Origin: Nitrospirota bacterium
GTDB taxonomy: Bacteria > Nitrospirota > UBA9217
Length of the DNA: 64,000 bases
Direction: 5' to 3'
NCBI GenBank assembly: GCA_963737155.1
Contig: CAVTRN010000002.1
Span: 256,001-320,000, forward strand
A model generated the notes under the pieces. That model had not been told where the DNA came from and did no database searches. It saw nothing but the letters and a program-made list of their open reading frames with translations. Made by a program: the position numbers and the translations under genes. Positions within the stretch are counted from its first letter, which is position 1. Every line of letters begins with the position of its first letter. Shown piece by piece: positions 8,768 through 19,112 of this stretch.

Positions 8768-10255
8768 ATGGGGCAACCTCGGGAATTCATACCCGTTACA
8801 ATCGACAAGAGCCACATCACTACCATAGGCGAACGGCTTTACGCTGAGAGCATAGAGTTTGTGCGTGAGCTGGTGAACAATGCGTACGACGCCGACGCGG
8901 AACTCGTAGAGATCATGATGACCGACGATGCAATCGAGATTCGCGATAACGGCTCGGGGATGGATATTGAAGGTCTCAAGCAGTACTTTAATATCGGCTC
9001 GCAGCAGAAGCTCTCTTCACCCAAATCCCCTAGATTCAACCGGGATCGTATTGGCATGTTCGGTATCGGTAAATTTGCCAGTCTTTCTGCCTGCAAACGC
9101 TTCGAGGTGATTACGAAGCGCGAAGACTTCGTTGGGCGAGTGATCTTCGATAAAGAACAGTGGGAGCAGTCGCAAGACGCGTGGCAGCTTCCCTTCGAAC
9201 GACTCCCGGCTGATTTCCGCAAACTGAACGGCACCACAGTGATACTCATCGGTCTGGACAGGATATTCGCTACTAAAGACATCGAGGCAAAGATCGTCGA
9301 GGGCACGCCCATCAAGGCGCCGCACTTTAAGGTCAGGATTAACAACCACACAGTTCAGCCCCGAAGCCTCACTGGCCAAAAGGTGACAGTTATCGACGGT
9401 ACTTCTTTCGGCCCTGTGACTGGAGAAATCGTGATTTTGCCCGAGACAGCGGCACAGACAAATGATCTCGGCATTGAGGTAAAAGTAAAGCAAGTAACCG
9501 TGCGAAGAGAGCTTTTCGGCATGGAAACCTGGGGACGGGCAATGGCCAGGATATCCGGCGAGGTCAACGCGGACTTCCTTCCTGTCACAAGCGACCGCAC
9601 AGGTTTTCTCAGGGACTCTGCCGAGTATAAGGAATTTCTTATCGTGATGGGTAAGGTGATGGAAGACATCAAGGTATTCCTCCAGAAGCTTATTACAAAG
9701 AAGGAAGGAAAGCGCGTTAGCCGGGCCCTAAAGGACGCACTCCAAAAGATTTATCGTTCCCTTGTATTAAACCCGGACCTCTCACCATTCGGTGCGCTTC
9801 CTTTAGGCGACGAAACCAAGGGCGTCGGTGGCGCAGCTGAAATACCGCAGAAAAGGGAAAGACTCTCCGAAAGCGAGGTTAAGCTAGCAGGCCAGCTCGT
9901 GGGAGAGCAGGCACCGCAACCTGAAAAAAAGCGCAAAAAAAAGCCCAAAGTAAAAATACTCACGCCGAATGCCATCATCAAACGGATCAAGTTCGGCGAA
10001 ACTGGGGTATCCTGTGTCGTAGATAGCTTCGGCGAGGAAGGTCCTGAGACCTTCTCCGAAGAGACGACTATCTACATTAATCGGGATCATCCCTTATACA
10101 AGCGGGAATCTGGAAAAATTGAAACCCACACGTTAAACCTTGCTCGCCTTATCACCCAGGAGATAGCCCTCATGAAGGATCCCCGTAATCCCCGGCAGGC
10201 ATTCGAGCGCCAGAGCAAACTCTTGAAGGATGCGTTCATCGATAAGGAAGCATAA
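8768..10255 (+). CDS. Stand-alone GHKL ATPase (HATPase_c_3, MORC/MutL-like)
   Basis: RELVNNAYDADA, IRDNGSGM, IGMFGIGK and NGTTV boxes, an S5-like domain (GEVNADFL...DRTGF) and a C-terminal IYINRDHPLY. Start moved to ATG 8768. Confidence 0.88.
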   Translation: MGQPREFIPVTIDKSHITTIGERLYAESIEFVRELVNNAYDADAELVEIMMTDDAIEIRDNGSGMDIEGLKQYFNIGSQQKLSSPKSPRFNRDRIGMFGIGKFASLSACKRFEVITKREDFVGRVIFDKEQWEQSQDAWQLPFERLPADFRKLNGTTVILIGLDRIFATKDIEAKIVEGTPIKAPHFKVRINNHTVQPRSLTGQKVTVIDGTSFGPVTGEIVILPETAAQTNDLGIEVKVKQVTVRRELFGMETWGRAMARISGEVNADFLPVTSDRTGFLRDSAEYKEFLIVMGKVMEDIKVFLQKLITKKEGKRVSRALKDALQKIYRSLVLNPDLSPFGALPLGDETKGVGGAAEIPQKRERLSESEVKLAGQLVGEQAPQPEKKRKKKPKVKILTPNAIIKRIKFGETGVSCVVDSFGEEGPETFSEETTIYINRDHPLYKRESGKIETHTLNLARLITQEIALMKDPRNPRQAFERQSKLLKDAFIDKEA

Positions 10256-10432
10256 GGTGGGTGCTAAGTGAGGAATTGCTAATCAGGCCCTGTCTTGTAG
10301 GACACTTTTTGAAGTTGTATGAACCGACGGTTTAATACTTTTGGACCCTCTCCACTTTGCCACCGATAGATTTACACGTTGTAAGTCAATCATGTCTCGA
10401 ACCGCTCTGTGATGGCCTTGTGCGAAGCCATC

Positions 10433-10563
10433 ATAGGTGTCGACAAAGCGGCTTTTCTCATGTTAAGAGCAATCGAAGACAATCTTAGAGACTTTCTTGT
10501 CGGAGGAATGGTAGTAACAAAATATGGCAATCCTGTGCGGGGAACCGAAATAGAAAATCTGTG
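10433..10563 (+). pseudogene. Internal fragment of glycerate 2-kinase (DUF4147/MOFRL family)
   Basis: IGVDKAAFLMLRAIEDNL...GGMVVTKYG resembles the family motif IG.GKAA..MA.A.E......G.VVTKYGH. No intact frame. Confidence 0.55.
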
Positions 10564-10826
10564 ATACTGCTCCACGCCGAAGAAAGGTCTTGCGTCCAAA
10601 TCTGCGAATACCAGAATGCACAAACGTCGCAATAGCCGGACCCGTTCCTTCTTATGCCCCGGAGCAAGTTTACCATTGCACCCTTAATACAAAAAGGGGC
10701 GAAGACTGTTTTTTCTCTGCTGTTAAACTGCAGTAAAAGCTGATCAACAGGGCTTTAAAGCTTTGGGAGATCTGGAAATAGCCTGCTATTTTCTACGTGT
10801 ACTGGCACTTGCAAAGAGGGGGACTC

Positions 10827-11576
10827 ATGATCGCAAAAGAACAGATTTTCCAGATCGTTACGCTCATCCTAACCGTCGGATTGCTCGATGCCTTAGAGCG
10901 AAATCGCCCCCGTTTTCCTGTAAACCGCAAACTCAACCTTAAACTGAACATTATTGCAATCCTCGTGGTCATCTTCGTCGGAGAGTTCTGGAAGGCAGCC
11001 CTAATAAAGGGATTCAATGACCTGAATATGTCGGGTCTGCTAGCTTTTGACAGAACAAAGAAGATGCCAAGCGTGGCAAAGATATTGATGGCAATGATTG
11101 TCGCTGACTTTTGTCTCTACTGGGTCCATAGGAGTATGCACCGACGACGAATTCTATGGCTTACGCACGTCTTCCATCACTCTATCGACGAGCTCTGGTG
11201 GCTCTCAGGGTCAAGAACGAGCTTTGTACATCTTCTTATTTTCTCCGCTCCCCAAATTTTTATTGTTTACTATGTATTTCATATGACTCCAATAGAATCG
11301 GGCATCGCCTTCTCAATCGGGGTGATCGTCAATGTCTGGATCCATACAAACCTATCGGTAGACTTGGGCCAGCTGGAATGGCTCATCATTACTCCGAACT
11401 TTCATCGCATACATCACGCAGCACGGGGGCATTCGGGAAAGAATCTCGGATTTGTTTTGACCATTTGGGACAGGATGTTTAGCACTTACGCAAATCCCCG
11501 GACAAACGAGGATATTTTTGCACTTGCCTCTGTTTCAACGCATGGGCGCCTTCTCCGCATGATAGTTGGTATCTGA
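10827..11576 (+). CDS. Sterol desaturase / fatty acid hydroxylase family membrane protein
   Basis: His boxes YWVHRSMH, HVFHHS, WIHTN and FHRIHH; KNLG...IWDRMF.TY. Confidence 0.93.
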   Translation: MIAKEQIFQIVTLILTVGLLDALERNRPRFPVNRKLNLKLNIIAILVVIFVGEFWKAALIKGFNDLNMSGLLAFDRTKKMPSVAKILMAMIVADFCLYWVHRSMHRRRILWLTHVFHHSIDELWWLSGSRTSFVHLLIFSAPQIFIVYYVFHMTPIESGIAFSIGVIVNVWIHTNLSVDLGQLEWLIITPNFHRIHHAARGHSGKNLGFVLTIWDRMFSTYANPRTNEDIFALASVSTHGRLLRMIVGI

Positions 11577-11749
11577 AAGAGTGCAAATGCGTTACTTATT
11601 ATCGCGGGGCTCGGAAAAGTATCGCTGATGTATGCCTCTATGCGGTGGTACTCGGGATAAAGTTTTCGTGGAGAGTAAATAGCTTGTTGCTCAAATGCCA
11701 GCGTAGCCGTTTATGGTCGCCCATATGGGATAGTGCCAGACTGACTATC

Positions 11750-11998
11750 GGGATTTACGATCTCGCGGGATGATCGGATGCCGAGGCTGTAGCATATAAC
11801 AGCAGGGAGACCATCATCGACGGCTCAAAAGCTGCCTGGCCTTTCCGTCACGGCGGTGTTTTCGGTAGAACGCCGTAAGAGCCATTTCTGCTACAACGTC
11901 AAGGACCATCCAAACGAGGTCCTTGGATGGAAGCCACTCCTGCAAGGCGGCAGGAGATATACCTGCTCTCGGTTACAGTCTTTGAAAGATTAGGCCAT
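11750..11998 (-). pseudogene. IS1182-family transposase N-terminal relic
   Basis: Across frameshifts it reads MA*SFKDCNREQVYLLPP / QEWLPSKDLVWMVLDVV.EM.L.AFYRKHRRDG / KGQAAFEPSMMVSLLLYA / SLGIRSSREI (DUF772-like). AGGAG RBS. Confidence 0.75.
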
Positions 11999-12530
11999 CG
12001 AGCTCTCCTTATATGCATGATGGCCAATACCATACTCTTCGTATAACAATTTAAGTGATTTGTGTAGCAGGTTCTGTTATAATGCTTATGTTATCTATTC
12101 CCTTACCAATATGTAGCCTTCCTGATGTTGTTGAAGTTGCAATCAATTGAAACACCAAAACTTCATCGCATATTCTTATTTTTTACGCCTGCATTTGAAA
12201 CTATTAGTGCTCAATTCTCTCCGAAGTCTGCATGCCTTAAAACACCTTCTTTTCTGCTTTATCTTGTCGAGAAATTCGATTATACTTTTTTATTAAACAA
12301 ATAAAGTTCATCACCACATCAGTCAAATGTTCAAAAAGCCCGCAAAGGCATAGTAATGGCCGATGGTATCTATATACATGCTCTTTTACCCAGGATAAAT
12401 CGGGCGTAATGAGATTCGTTTGTGTTGAAGCAGCAGAAAAAGATTTTAATAGCCTGAAATAAAAACATATAATCGTTCGATTCTAGCGGACCGCGAATCC
12501 GCAGTGCTTAACCTGGGGAGTGTAGATTTT

Positions 12531-14399
12531 ATGCCATTAAAAAAACTTCTCTTTGGAAGACGCCTACGGACCGAAGAGGAACAGGCCGAACAAATAGGAC
12601 TCTCGTCAGGCATACCGGTAGTCGGCCTGGATGCCCTCGCCTCGGCCGCATACGGTCCCGAAGCAGCGCTCACTATGCTGCTGCCTTTGGGGACTTTAGC
12701 GGTCGTGTACATCGGCCCGATCACCATACTCATAATTGCCGTGCTTTTCTCCGTTGCCATTTCTTATCGACAAACGATTGTAGCATACCCACAGGGAGGT
12801 GGCTCCTACACTGTCGCAAAAGAAAACCTTGGGGTGGTTCCCGGGCTCCTGGCGGCGAGCGCACTTTGTATCGATTATGTGCTGAATGTGGCGGTAGCAA
12901 TCTCGGCAGGTGTCGGTGCCCTGGTGTCCGCCATGCCGGCGTTACTACCCTACACGCTTCCGTTTTGTCTGATCATTCTGGCGTTTCTTACGATAGTGAA
13001 CCTGCGAGGCATTCGTTCTGCTGGTTTGATCTTCATGTTGCCTACCTACCTGTTCATTGGTTGTCTCGGAACCACCATTTTCGGAGGCATCGTTAAGACA
13101 CTTCTCGCACACGGCCATCCTCTTCCTGTTGAACAACTACCGAAGATTACATCGTCGTCTTCTGTGGCAACCGTCTGGCTGCTGGTACGTGCCTTCGCAA
13201 GCGGCTGTACCGCTCTCACCGGTGTTGAAGCCGTCAGTAACGCCGTCCCCATCTTTCGTGAGCCACGCATTCCTCTGGCCAGGCGGACGCTGACGATTAT
13301 TGTGACAATTCTGGCATTTCTTATCGCTGGTGTTGCCTTCTTGTCTCATAGCTATGGGATCACGGCCACACCTCCGGGCCAGGCGGGGTACCAGAGTGTT
13401 TTATCCCAAATGGTCGTAGCGGTCTCTGGTCGGGGCATTTTCTATTTTGTCAGTATGGCAGCGATCCTTATGGTTGTATCGCTGTCGGCCGATACTAGTT
13501 TTACTGATTTTCCTCGCGTTTGCCGTCTGCTTGCGCTTGATCAGTTTCTGCCCGCCGTGTTCGCTCACCGGGGGCGGCGGTTGGTTTACTCATATGGCAT
13601 AGTCGCTCTGTCTCTGTTATCCGGCATTTTGCTGGTTGTGTTTGGAGGGATCACCGACCGGTTGATACCGATGTTCGCAGTCGGTGCTTTCACGGCATTC
13701 ACTCTTTCGCAGCTCGGGATGGTCTTTCATTGGCGTCGGTCTCGTGAATCGCATGCTGCGCGCTCCCTTCTTCTGAACGGCGCAGGCGCAATAATTACGG
13801 GCCTGACGCTTGTCATTATTACAATATCAAAATTCCTGGAGGGTGCATGGTTGACGATCCTCGTAATTCCATTGCTTATCCTATTGTTTATAGCAGTACG
13901 ACGTCGGGAAAATAAGATTGCACGGCAGGTTGACGATTTCGGGCCATTGAAAATTCCCCACCTTTCTCCACCAATCATTGTGATTCCGGTGCAGCAACTC
14001 GACCGCTTGACCAGAAAGGCTCTGTGTTTCGCCCTCAGCCTGTCGCCCGATATACGAGCGGTCCAGATTCTTGCCGAAGAGATGAAGACCCAGGATTTTT
14101 CTCATCATTGGAGGGATTTGGTGGATCGGCCAGCGCAGGAAGCTGGATACAATTCACCGAAGCTCGTTGTCATCCCCTCCGCCTATCGGGAATACTTCGG
14201 CCCGTTGCTCGGGTACATCAAGCATCTCGGTATCGCCAATCCTGGCCGTGATATTGCGGTCATCGTTCCCGAGCTTGTAGAGAAAAGATGGTACGACTTT
14301 TTGTTTCCCCACAGGGCTTTGCTTCTAAAAAATCTGCTGCTCCTCAGTGGAGGTCCCCACGTCGTTATCATTAACACACCTTGGTATTTGCGTGAATGA
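12531..14399 (+). CDS. APC-superfamily permease, KimA/YdaO-like potassium transporter
   Basis: DALASAAYGPE, SYRQTI.AYP.GGGSY.VAKENLG, GCTALTGVEAVSNAVP.F and DFPR motifs, plus a cytoplasmic C-domain (SAYRE, VIVPE). Confidence 0.9.
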   Translation: MPLKKLLFGRRLRTEEEQAEQIGLSSGIPVVGLDALASAAYGPEAALTMLLPLGTLAVVYIGPITILIIAVLFSVAISYRQTIVAYPQGGGSYTVAKENLGVVPGLLAASALCIDYVLNVAVAISAGVGALVSAMPALLPYTLPFCLIILAFLTIVNLRGIRSAGLIFMLPTYLFIGCLGTTIFGGIVKTLLAHGHPLPVEQLPKITSSSSVATVWLLVRAFASGCTALTGVEAVSNAVPIFREPRIPLARRTLTIIVTILAFLIAGVAFLSHSYGITATPPGQAGYQSVLSQMVVAVSGRGIFYFVSMAAILMVVSLSADTSFTDFPRVCRLLALDQFLPAVFAHRGRRLVYSYGIVALSLLSGILLVVFGGITDRLIPMFAVGAFTAFTLSQLGMVFHWRRSRESHAARSLLLNGAGAIITGLTLVIITISKFLEGAWLTILVIPLLILLFIAVRRRENKIARQVDDFGPLKIPHLSPPIIVIPVQQLDRLTRKALCFALSLSPDIRAVQILAEEMKTQDFSHHWRDLVDRPAQEAGYNSPKLVVIPSAYREYFGPLLGYIKHLGIANPGRDIAVIVPELVEKRWYDFLFPHRALLLKNLLLLSGGPHVVIINTPWYLRE

Positions 14400-14759
14400 T
14401 CGCTGCCATTGTTGACCGCGCGATAAGCTGTACAATTTACGCGAACTATGGGTGATATTGCAACTTTGTAGCTGATCTTCACAGATTGCGCCAGATTTAT
14501 TTCTCAACATTATCTACCTGTAGCTGCTGAAGTTGCCATTCTTACCTGAATTCATTAACGTCTGCCGTAAAAACCCCACTTGATATTATTGATATGGATG
14601 GTAAGGCGGGCCTAAAGTGGTGGCATATTGAATACGAATGTCACACCGAGCTCTTACTTATGCATGTCCCAATTGCAAATATAAATTGCGCCATTAATCT
14701 ATATTCTAATCAAGGGGGAAACTTATACCCATGAGTACGAAGGAGACACGGAGCATGGC

Positions 14760-15000
14760 TTGACTGGCGAGTATATGGCCCACGACTTTTGCTTTGTGCG
14801 AGACCCGTGGTTGGTATGGCTTCACGCACTATCCGATGTCCTGACCGGAATCGCCTACATTTCTATTCCCACCGCAATATAGGAAGCGGTAACGCGCTCT
14901 TGCTCATCTTTTTGTCGCCTATGGCCACCGGGGTACGATTACTTATAGTTTGGAGTCTGCCGGAGCCGGCTACAGTATCGGAAAGGCGACTAGGGATACA
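14760..15000 (+). pseudogene. Relic of an ethylene-receptor-like N-terminal TM sensor domain
   Basis: YMAHDFCFVRDPWLVWLHALSDVLTGIAYISIP matches the pattern MPHG.C.LW.P.LVWLH..SD.LI..AY.SIP. A stop and frameshifts follow. Confidence 0.6.
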
Positions 15001-15253
15001 GTGTTCGGGAAATTTTAAAGAAAAGACTGCTAAGTCATTCTCAGTATCCGTCTAGCGTGTTTTCTATATGGGGATATACCAGTTAGTCCCGAATTCTAGA
15101 GGACCCGTAAGGTGATATTGATCACAGATTATAATCTCTCAATCCTATACTATGATACTGATAAAACAGGTGGGATTTTGATATGACGTGGGCTTGCATG
15201 ATATGTTGGCGGAACCGGCCGTCCGGTCGAATACGGATAACGGAGGATAAAAG

Positions 15254-15829
15254 ATGCTAAAACAAGAAGGGATGATCGATGTCAAGGTAGCGGAGAAGAA
15301 TCCCGTGGCGAGTGCAGTTAAAACCGCAGAACAGGGAATTAACACGATATGCAAGGGAAGCAAGGTTACCGGCAACATGGTCATCAGCCAGGATCTGCAG
15401 ATGAACGGCGACCTCGAGGGGAATATCGCTGCCGAGAACAATGCAAGCATCTTCATCAAGGGCACTTGCAAGGGGAACATCGATGCCAAGGGCGGCAGCG
15501 TCGAGATCGAAGGCGAAATGAGCGGAGGGAATATCAGCGCCGGAGGGTACGTGAAGATTGCCGGCAAGTTTGTCGGCGGCAAGATTCAGGCAAAAGACAA
15601 GATCCACATCAATGGCGAGTTCACAGGCAGTCTCGAGAGCAACGACGTAGAGCTCGGGGCCGCCGCGCGAGGCAAGGGGGAGATTTTGTACAAGGAGACG
15701 CTCTGCATTCAAAAGGGAGCGAAAATGGAAGGCAAAGTCACTCGTGCCGAAGCGGAACGGATGCCCGGGCCGGAACGAAATCCCGAACGAAAAGAGGAGC
15801 CGAAGCTGAAGAAAGGTTTCTTCTCGTAA
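15254..15829 (+). CDS. Bactofilin (polymer-forming cytoskeletal protein) with extended/tandem beta-helix
   Basis: NTICKGSKVTGNM....LQMNGDLEGNI ... GEI.Y.E.L.IQKGAKMEGKV; GGAGG RBS. Confidence 0.9.
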   Translation: MLKQEGMIDVKVAEKNPVASAVKTAEQGINTICKGSKVTGNMVISQDLQMNGDLEGNIAAENNASIFIKGTCKGNIDAKGGSVEIEGEMSGGNISAGGYVKIAGKFVGGKIQAKDKIHINGEFTGSLESNDVELGAAARGKGEILYKETLCIQKGAKMEGKVTRAEAERMPGPERNPERKEEPKLKKGFFS

Positions 15830-15979
15830 AAGATGGGGATGCAAGAGAATGAAACCTTTCAACGGTTATGGTCTCATCCTGCAAGTTGAGCAGGAGAAAA
15901 CTTGTCTACAAATAGGATCTGGCCCGTTTTAAATACATCGTCACGTCCGAGCTCGGAAGTATTTTACGGAGGCTATTTC

Positions 15980-16510
15980 ATGCATAAGCAGTCTCGAATC
16001 GTTCCATTAGTCTTCGGAATAATACTGGGCATTCTGTGTATGATCTATCTGCCCAAATATGTACGGTCCTACCTCCCCGAATCAATAGTGGGAAAAGAAA
16101 TCATGGTCAAGGGGACCGTTGTGGCGAAGGAGAAAAAGGGGGATGCTCTTCTTCTGACCGTGAGTACACCCGAAGGCGCGTTGCTGGCAACTTTCAAACT
16201 GCGGGCCAATGACGTAAATCTTCTCGTCAACGAAAAAGATGAGATCCAATTTGCCCTTCCGAAATACATGCCCTTTATCGACGACCCAAAAATCATACGA
16301 GTTATAAAAGAACAGCAGGTCGTTCCAACGCCGGCCGAAGTCCCCGCGGCATCCATCAGGCCCGTAGGAACCAGTACTAACGGAATTAAACGGCGGCAAC
16401 AGATGAAACCGAAGACCGCAACTCCGGCTCCCAGGAGCGCAAATGAAGTGAATCCGGCGGACCAGGGGAGCATCGCGCTGCCCGCCGGTGATAAGAAGCC
16501 CGAAAATTAA
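15980..16510 (+). CDS. Hypothetical membrane-anchored protein
   Basis: GGAGG RBS, N-terminal TM helix, small beta domain and Pro-rich tail. Confidence 0.7.
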   Translation: MHKQSRIVPLVFGIILGILCMIYLPKYVRSYLPESIVGKEIMVKGTVVAKEKKGDALLLTVSTPEGALLATFKLRANDVNLLVNEKDEIQFALPKYMPFIDDPKIIRVIKEQQVVPTPAEVPAASIRPVGTSTNGIKRRQQMKPKTATPAPRSANEVNPADQGSIALPAGDKKPEN

Positions 16511-17396
16511 ATACGCATTGCATAGCGTTCGCGCCTGGGTCTGCAGAAAGAGATGATCTTATTTTTGGCGTCGAGCACCTCATTTTGGACAGCTATTTCA
16601 GCATGCAATTCGGCGTAGCTCCGCATTATTAACCCGCGCGGCGGCCGGAAACCCGCAAAAGAAAATGTCTCGGCTGAGAGGATCTCAATCTCCAACTCAT
16701 TTAAAGGGTCATTTGTTTTTTTAATTAATATATTTGTAGGGACGCCGAATCGTAAGCACGACTCTGGTGAGGAAGACCGCATGCTGAACGAACCGGCTGC
16801 ACTTCGAGGGTTGCAAATAATGCGCCCTCTTACGAGCCGATTCTGTGTAGGTCACTAACAAAAATTTTTTGATTGTTTCAAACAAAGAGAACTACACAAC
16901 CTAAGCGTTTTTATTCATATCCAGCATGGTTAATACCCGGATTATATTTAACTTATCGGTAAATATTTTTAATAATTTAGTTATTTATTCATAAAGTAAA
17001 TATATTCGCACACATTTATTTAGGTAAGTATTTTGACCATGTTCCTCTTCTTTTGCTTTTGCGGTCACACTAATACCATACTTTCCACCTGATTCAATAG
17101 TATTTTGAAGAAGGTCAGTGTACCACATGCCTTAACGTTCACTACAGCCTGGAGCACGAAGCTGATTGCCGTTGTTGCCCGGAATAGTTGTCGCTTCGCA
17201 TAAAGATGTCACTAAAAACAACCTCTTCGCCGTTCCCATAACAGCCGGATGAAATCGTTTTTTAGCCACTCATGAGTAATGTCCATGATATTGGTTACGC
17301 TTCTGACATTTCTGCATGAAAACAACACCATTTCCCTCCTTTTTATATGTTATAATTAGAGTAAGTGGAAGAAGTTTTTTTGCAAGGAGGCATATT

Positions 17397-17714
17397 ATGG
17401 CAAGCGTTTTGAATGTTAAAGAGAGCAAGGGATTTTGCGATGCAGTCTATACCCAGCTGGCAGACATGAAGGAAAGAATTATTAAACTGAGGGATCAGTC
17501 AGTCGCGAAAAGTCCGGGGAAAGACATCGAAGGCGGGATGTTCGGACGGCACCTGAGCGAGCTCGCGGACCAGATCGACTGGAAGCTCCAGATATTGTCG
17601 CATTCCTGCCCCGTTGATTGGAAAGGCTCTGCGGATTACTTAGAGACGGCGCAAGTGAATACGACGGAGAGATCCGGAGATATTGAATTTTCTCCTGGGT
17701 ATGTCGGCGGGTAG
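17397..17714 (+). CDS. Hypothetical protein (105 aa, helical)
   Basis: AGGAGG RBS, TG-n-TATAAT upstream (about 17348-17356) and a downstream terminator. Confidence 0.75.
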   Translation: MASVLNVKESKGFCDAVYTQLADMKERIIKLRDQSVAKSPGKDIEGGMFGRHLSELADQIDWKLQILSHSCPVDWKGSADYLETAQVNTTERSGDIEFSPGYVGG

Positions 17715-17724
17715 GTAGAGGAAT

Positions 17725-17762
17725 AAAAAAGGCCCCGGCATATATATCTTCGGGGCCTTTTT
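17725..17762. terminator. Bidirectional intrinsic terminator
   Basis: AAAAAAGGCCCCG-loop-CGGGGCCTTTTT. Confidence 0.8.
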
Positions 17763-17950
17763 CGGCAAGGTGGAACTAATATGTAACTAAGACACGCCCT
17801 GCGCTCGCTTCTAAGTACAGGCTTTCGATAATTAGGTTTCATCTCGACCTAAGGGGATTTCTTTATTTGTTCATGAAAAGTGGTAAGATTGCTCGCTTCG
17901 CCCGAAATGACAGAAACATTAAGGATGGATTATTCAACAGGGGGTTGGAT

Positions 17951-18154
17951 ATGGAAACACTTTCTAGGAAGTGCACGGATATCAATACGGTCAGTTCATT
18001 CTGCGACTGCATCGCGGGGGGAGACACTGTGGATCCGGCTGCAAAGGCATTCTGCAACAGGGCGAAAACCGACAAAAACATCACTGGCGACGATCTGGCC
18101 GATCTGAAAAGAGCGCTGATCGATCTGGAAGATGAGGCATGTTGCGAATGCTAG
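17951..18154 (+). CDS. Small Cys-rich hypothetical protein (C-terminal CCEC)
   Basis: G-rich RBS before ATG 17951; 67 aa with 7 Cys. Confidence 0.55.
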   Translation: METLSRKCTDINTVSSFCDCIAGGDTVDPAAKAFCNRAKTDKNITGDDLADLKRALIDLEDEACCEC

Positions 18155-18530
18155 GTCAAGGGTTCCCCAGGGCGGCAGGAAAAGATAATGACCTCACCAG
18201 AATCAATTTAGGGACGTTGTTTCTAAGCTTACATTATCGTTTTACCACAGTTCATTCAAGATACTAAGAAAAGACATGTAGGAAACAACATCCCGTCGGT
18301 GCTCCGGTCGAAATCGATGACGCATGCGAAGGTGGAAGTGATATGCGAGGATCAATATGTGGATTGGAGTCGACCGGGTGGACTACCCGTTTCTGGAAGA
18401 ACTCCCTGTCTTTCTGCTCATCTTTTCGCTGCCTGCTGCCGCCACATTAATCATTGGTGGAAGTTTTTATAGGGCATTCTCGCGCAGGGAGCCTGCAGGG
18501 ACTGCAACCGGAAGGAAAAGGAGAAACACA

Positions 18531-18880
18531 GGTAAGAAGCGGATGGAAGCGTTCAGTGAAGGTGTCCTTGCCATCATCATGGTTTTATAAATGAAAGTGA
18601 CCCACGGCATGTGCTCTCCGCGCTAAGGTCCTTGGAACCAGTCTTCTTCAGCTACGTGCTGAGCTTCATCCATATCGGTATCTACTGGAACAATCATCAT
18701 CACATGCTGCATGTCACCCAGCAAGTGAGCGGTGCAATCCTCCGGGCCAAACCTTCACCTGCTCTTCTGGCTCTCGCTCTTTCCCTTCGTGATCGGATGG
18801 ATGGGGGAAAACCACTTCGCACCGGAGTCGACAGCCCTCTATGGTGTGGTCCTGTTCATGGCTGCGGAACCTTATAAGCC
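18531..18880 (+). pseudogene. TMEM175-family potassium channel pseudogene
   Basis: GKKRMEAFSEGVLAII, SYVLSFIHIGIYWNNHHHML and LHLLFWLSLFPF..GWMGENHFAP...ALYGVVLFMAA, split by stops and frameshifts. Confidence 0.85.
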
Positions 18881-19112
18881 CTCTGCATGACAAACGCCAT
18901 GTTGGGGATGGGGTGCGCTCAATCATTGGTTAACCGGACAATGTAGCCTGAAGGTGGTGTTCTCGAAATATATTTCGCGGTACGGGCCGATGGCCCCACC
19001 GGATCCCACGAGTACCTGCGGGCAAGAGATTCGATCAGCTCAGGCGAACTCAGGGGTTAGTTTTGGAAAACCCGGAACAATTTATCTGTGATAAGAAAGG
19101 CGTGAACGTTTT

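Noticed and set aside
1-11576. Hopanoid/sterol modification cluster (B12 radical SAM + sterol desaturase)
   Set aside because: The genes are 10 kb apart on opposite strands with unrelated genes between them, and no hpn genes are present.
12480-12525. c-di-AMP (ydaO) riboswitch upstream of the KimA-like gene
   Set aside because: Only GCGAATCCGCAG..CTTAACCT loosely resembles the 3' end, and the conserved 5' elements are not visible. An Infernal search with the ydaO-yuaA model would settle it.
17885-17912. REP-like element GATTGCTCGCTTCGCCCGAAATGAC
   Set aside because: Single degenerate copy in the window; repetition cannot be shown.
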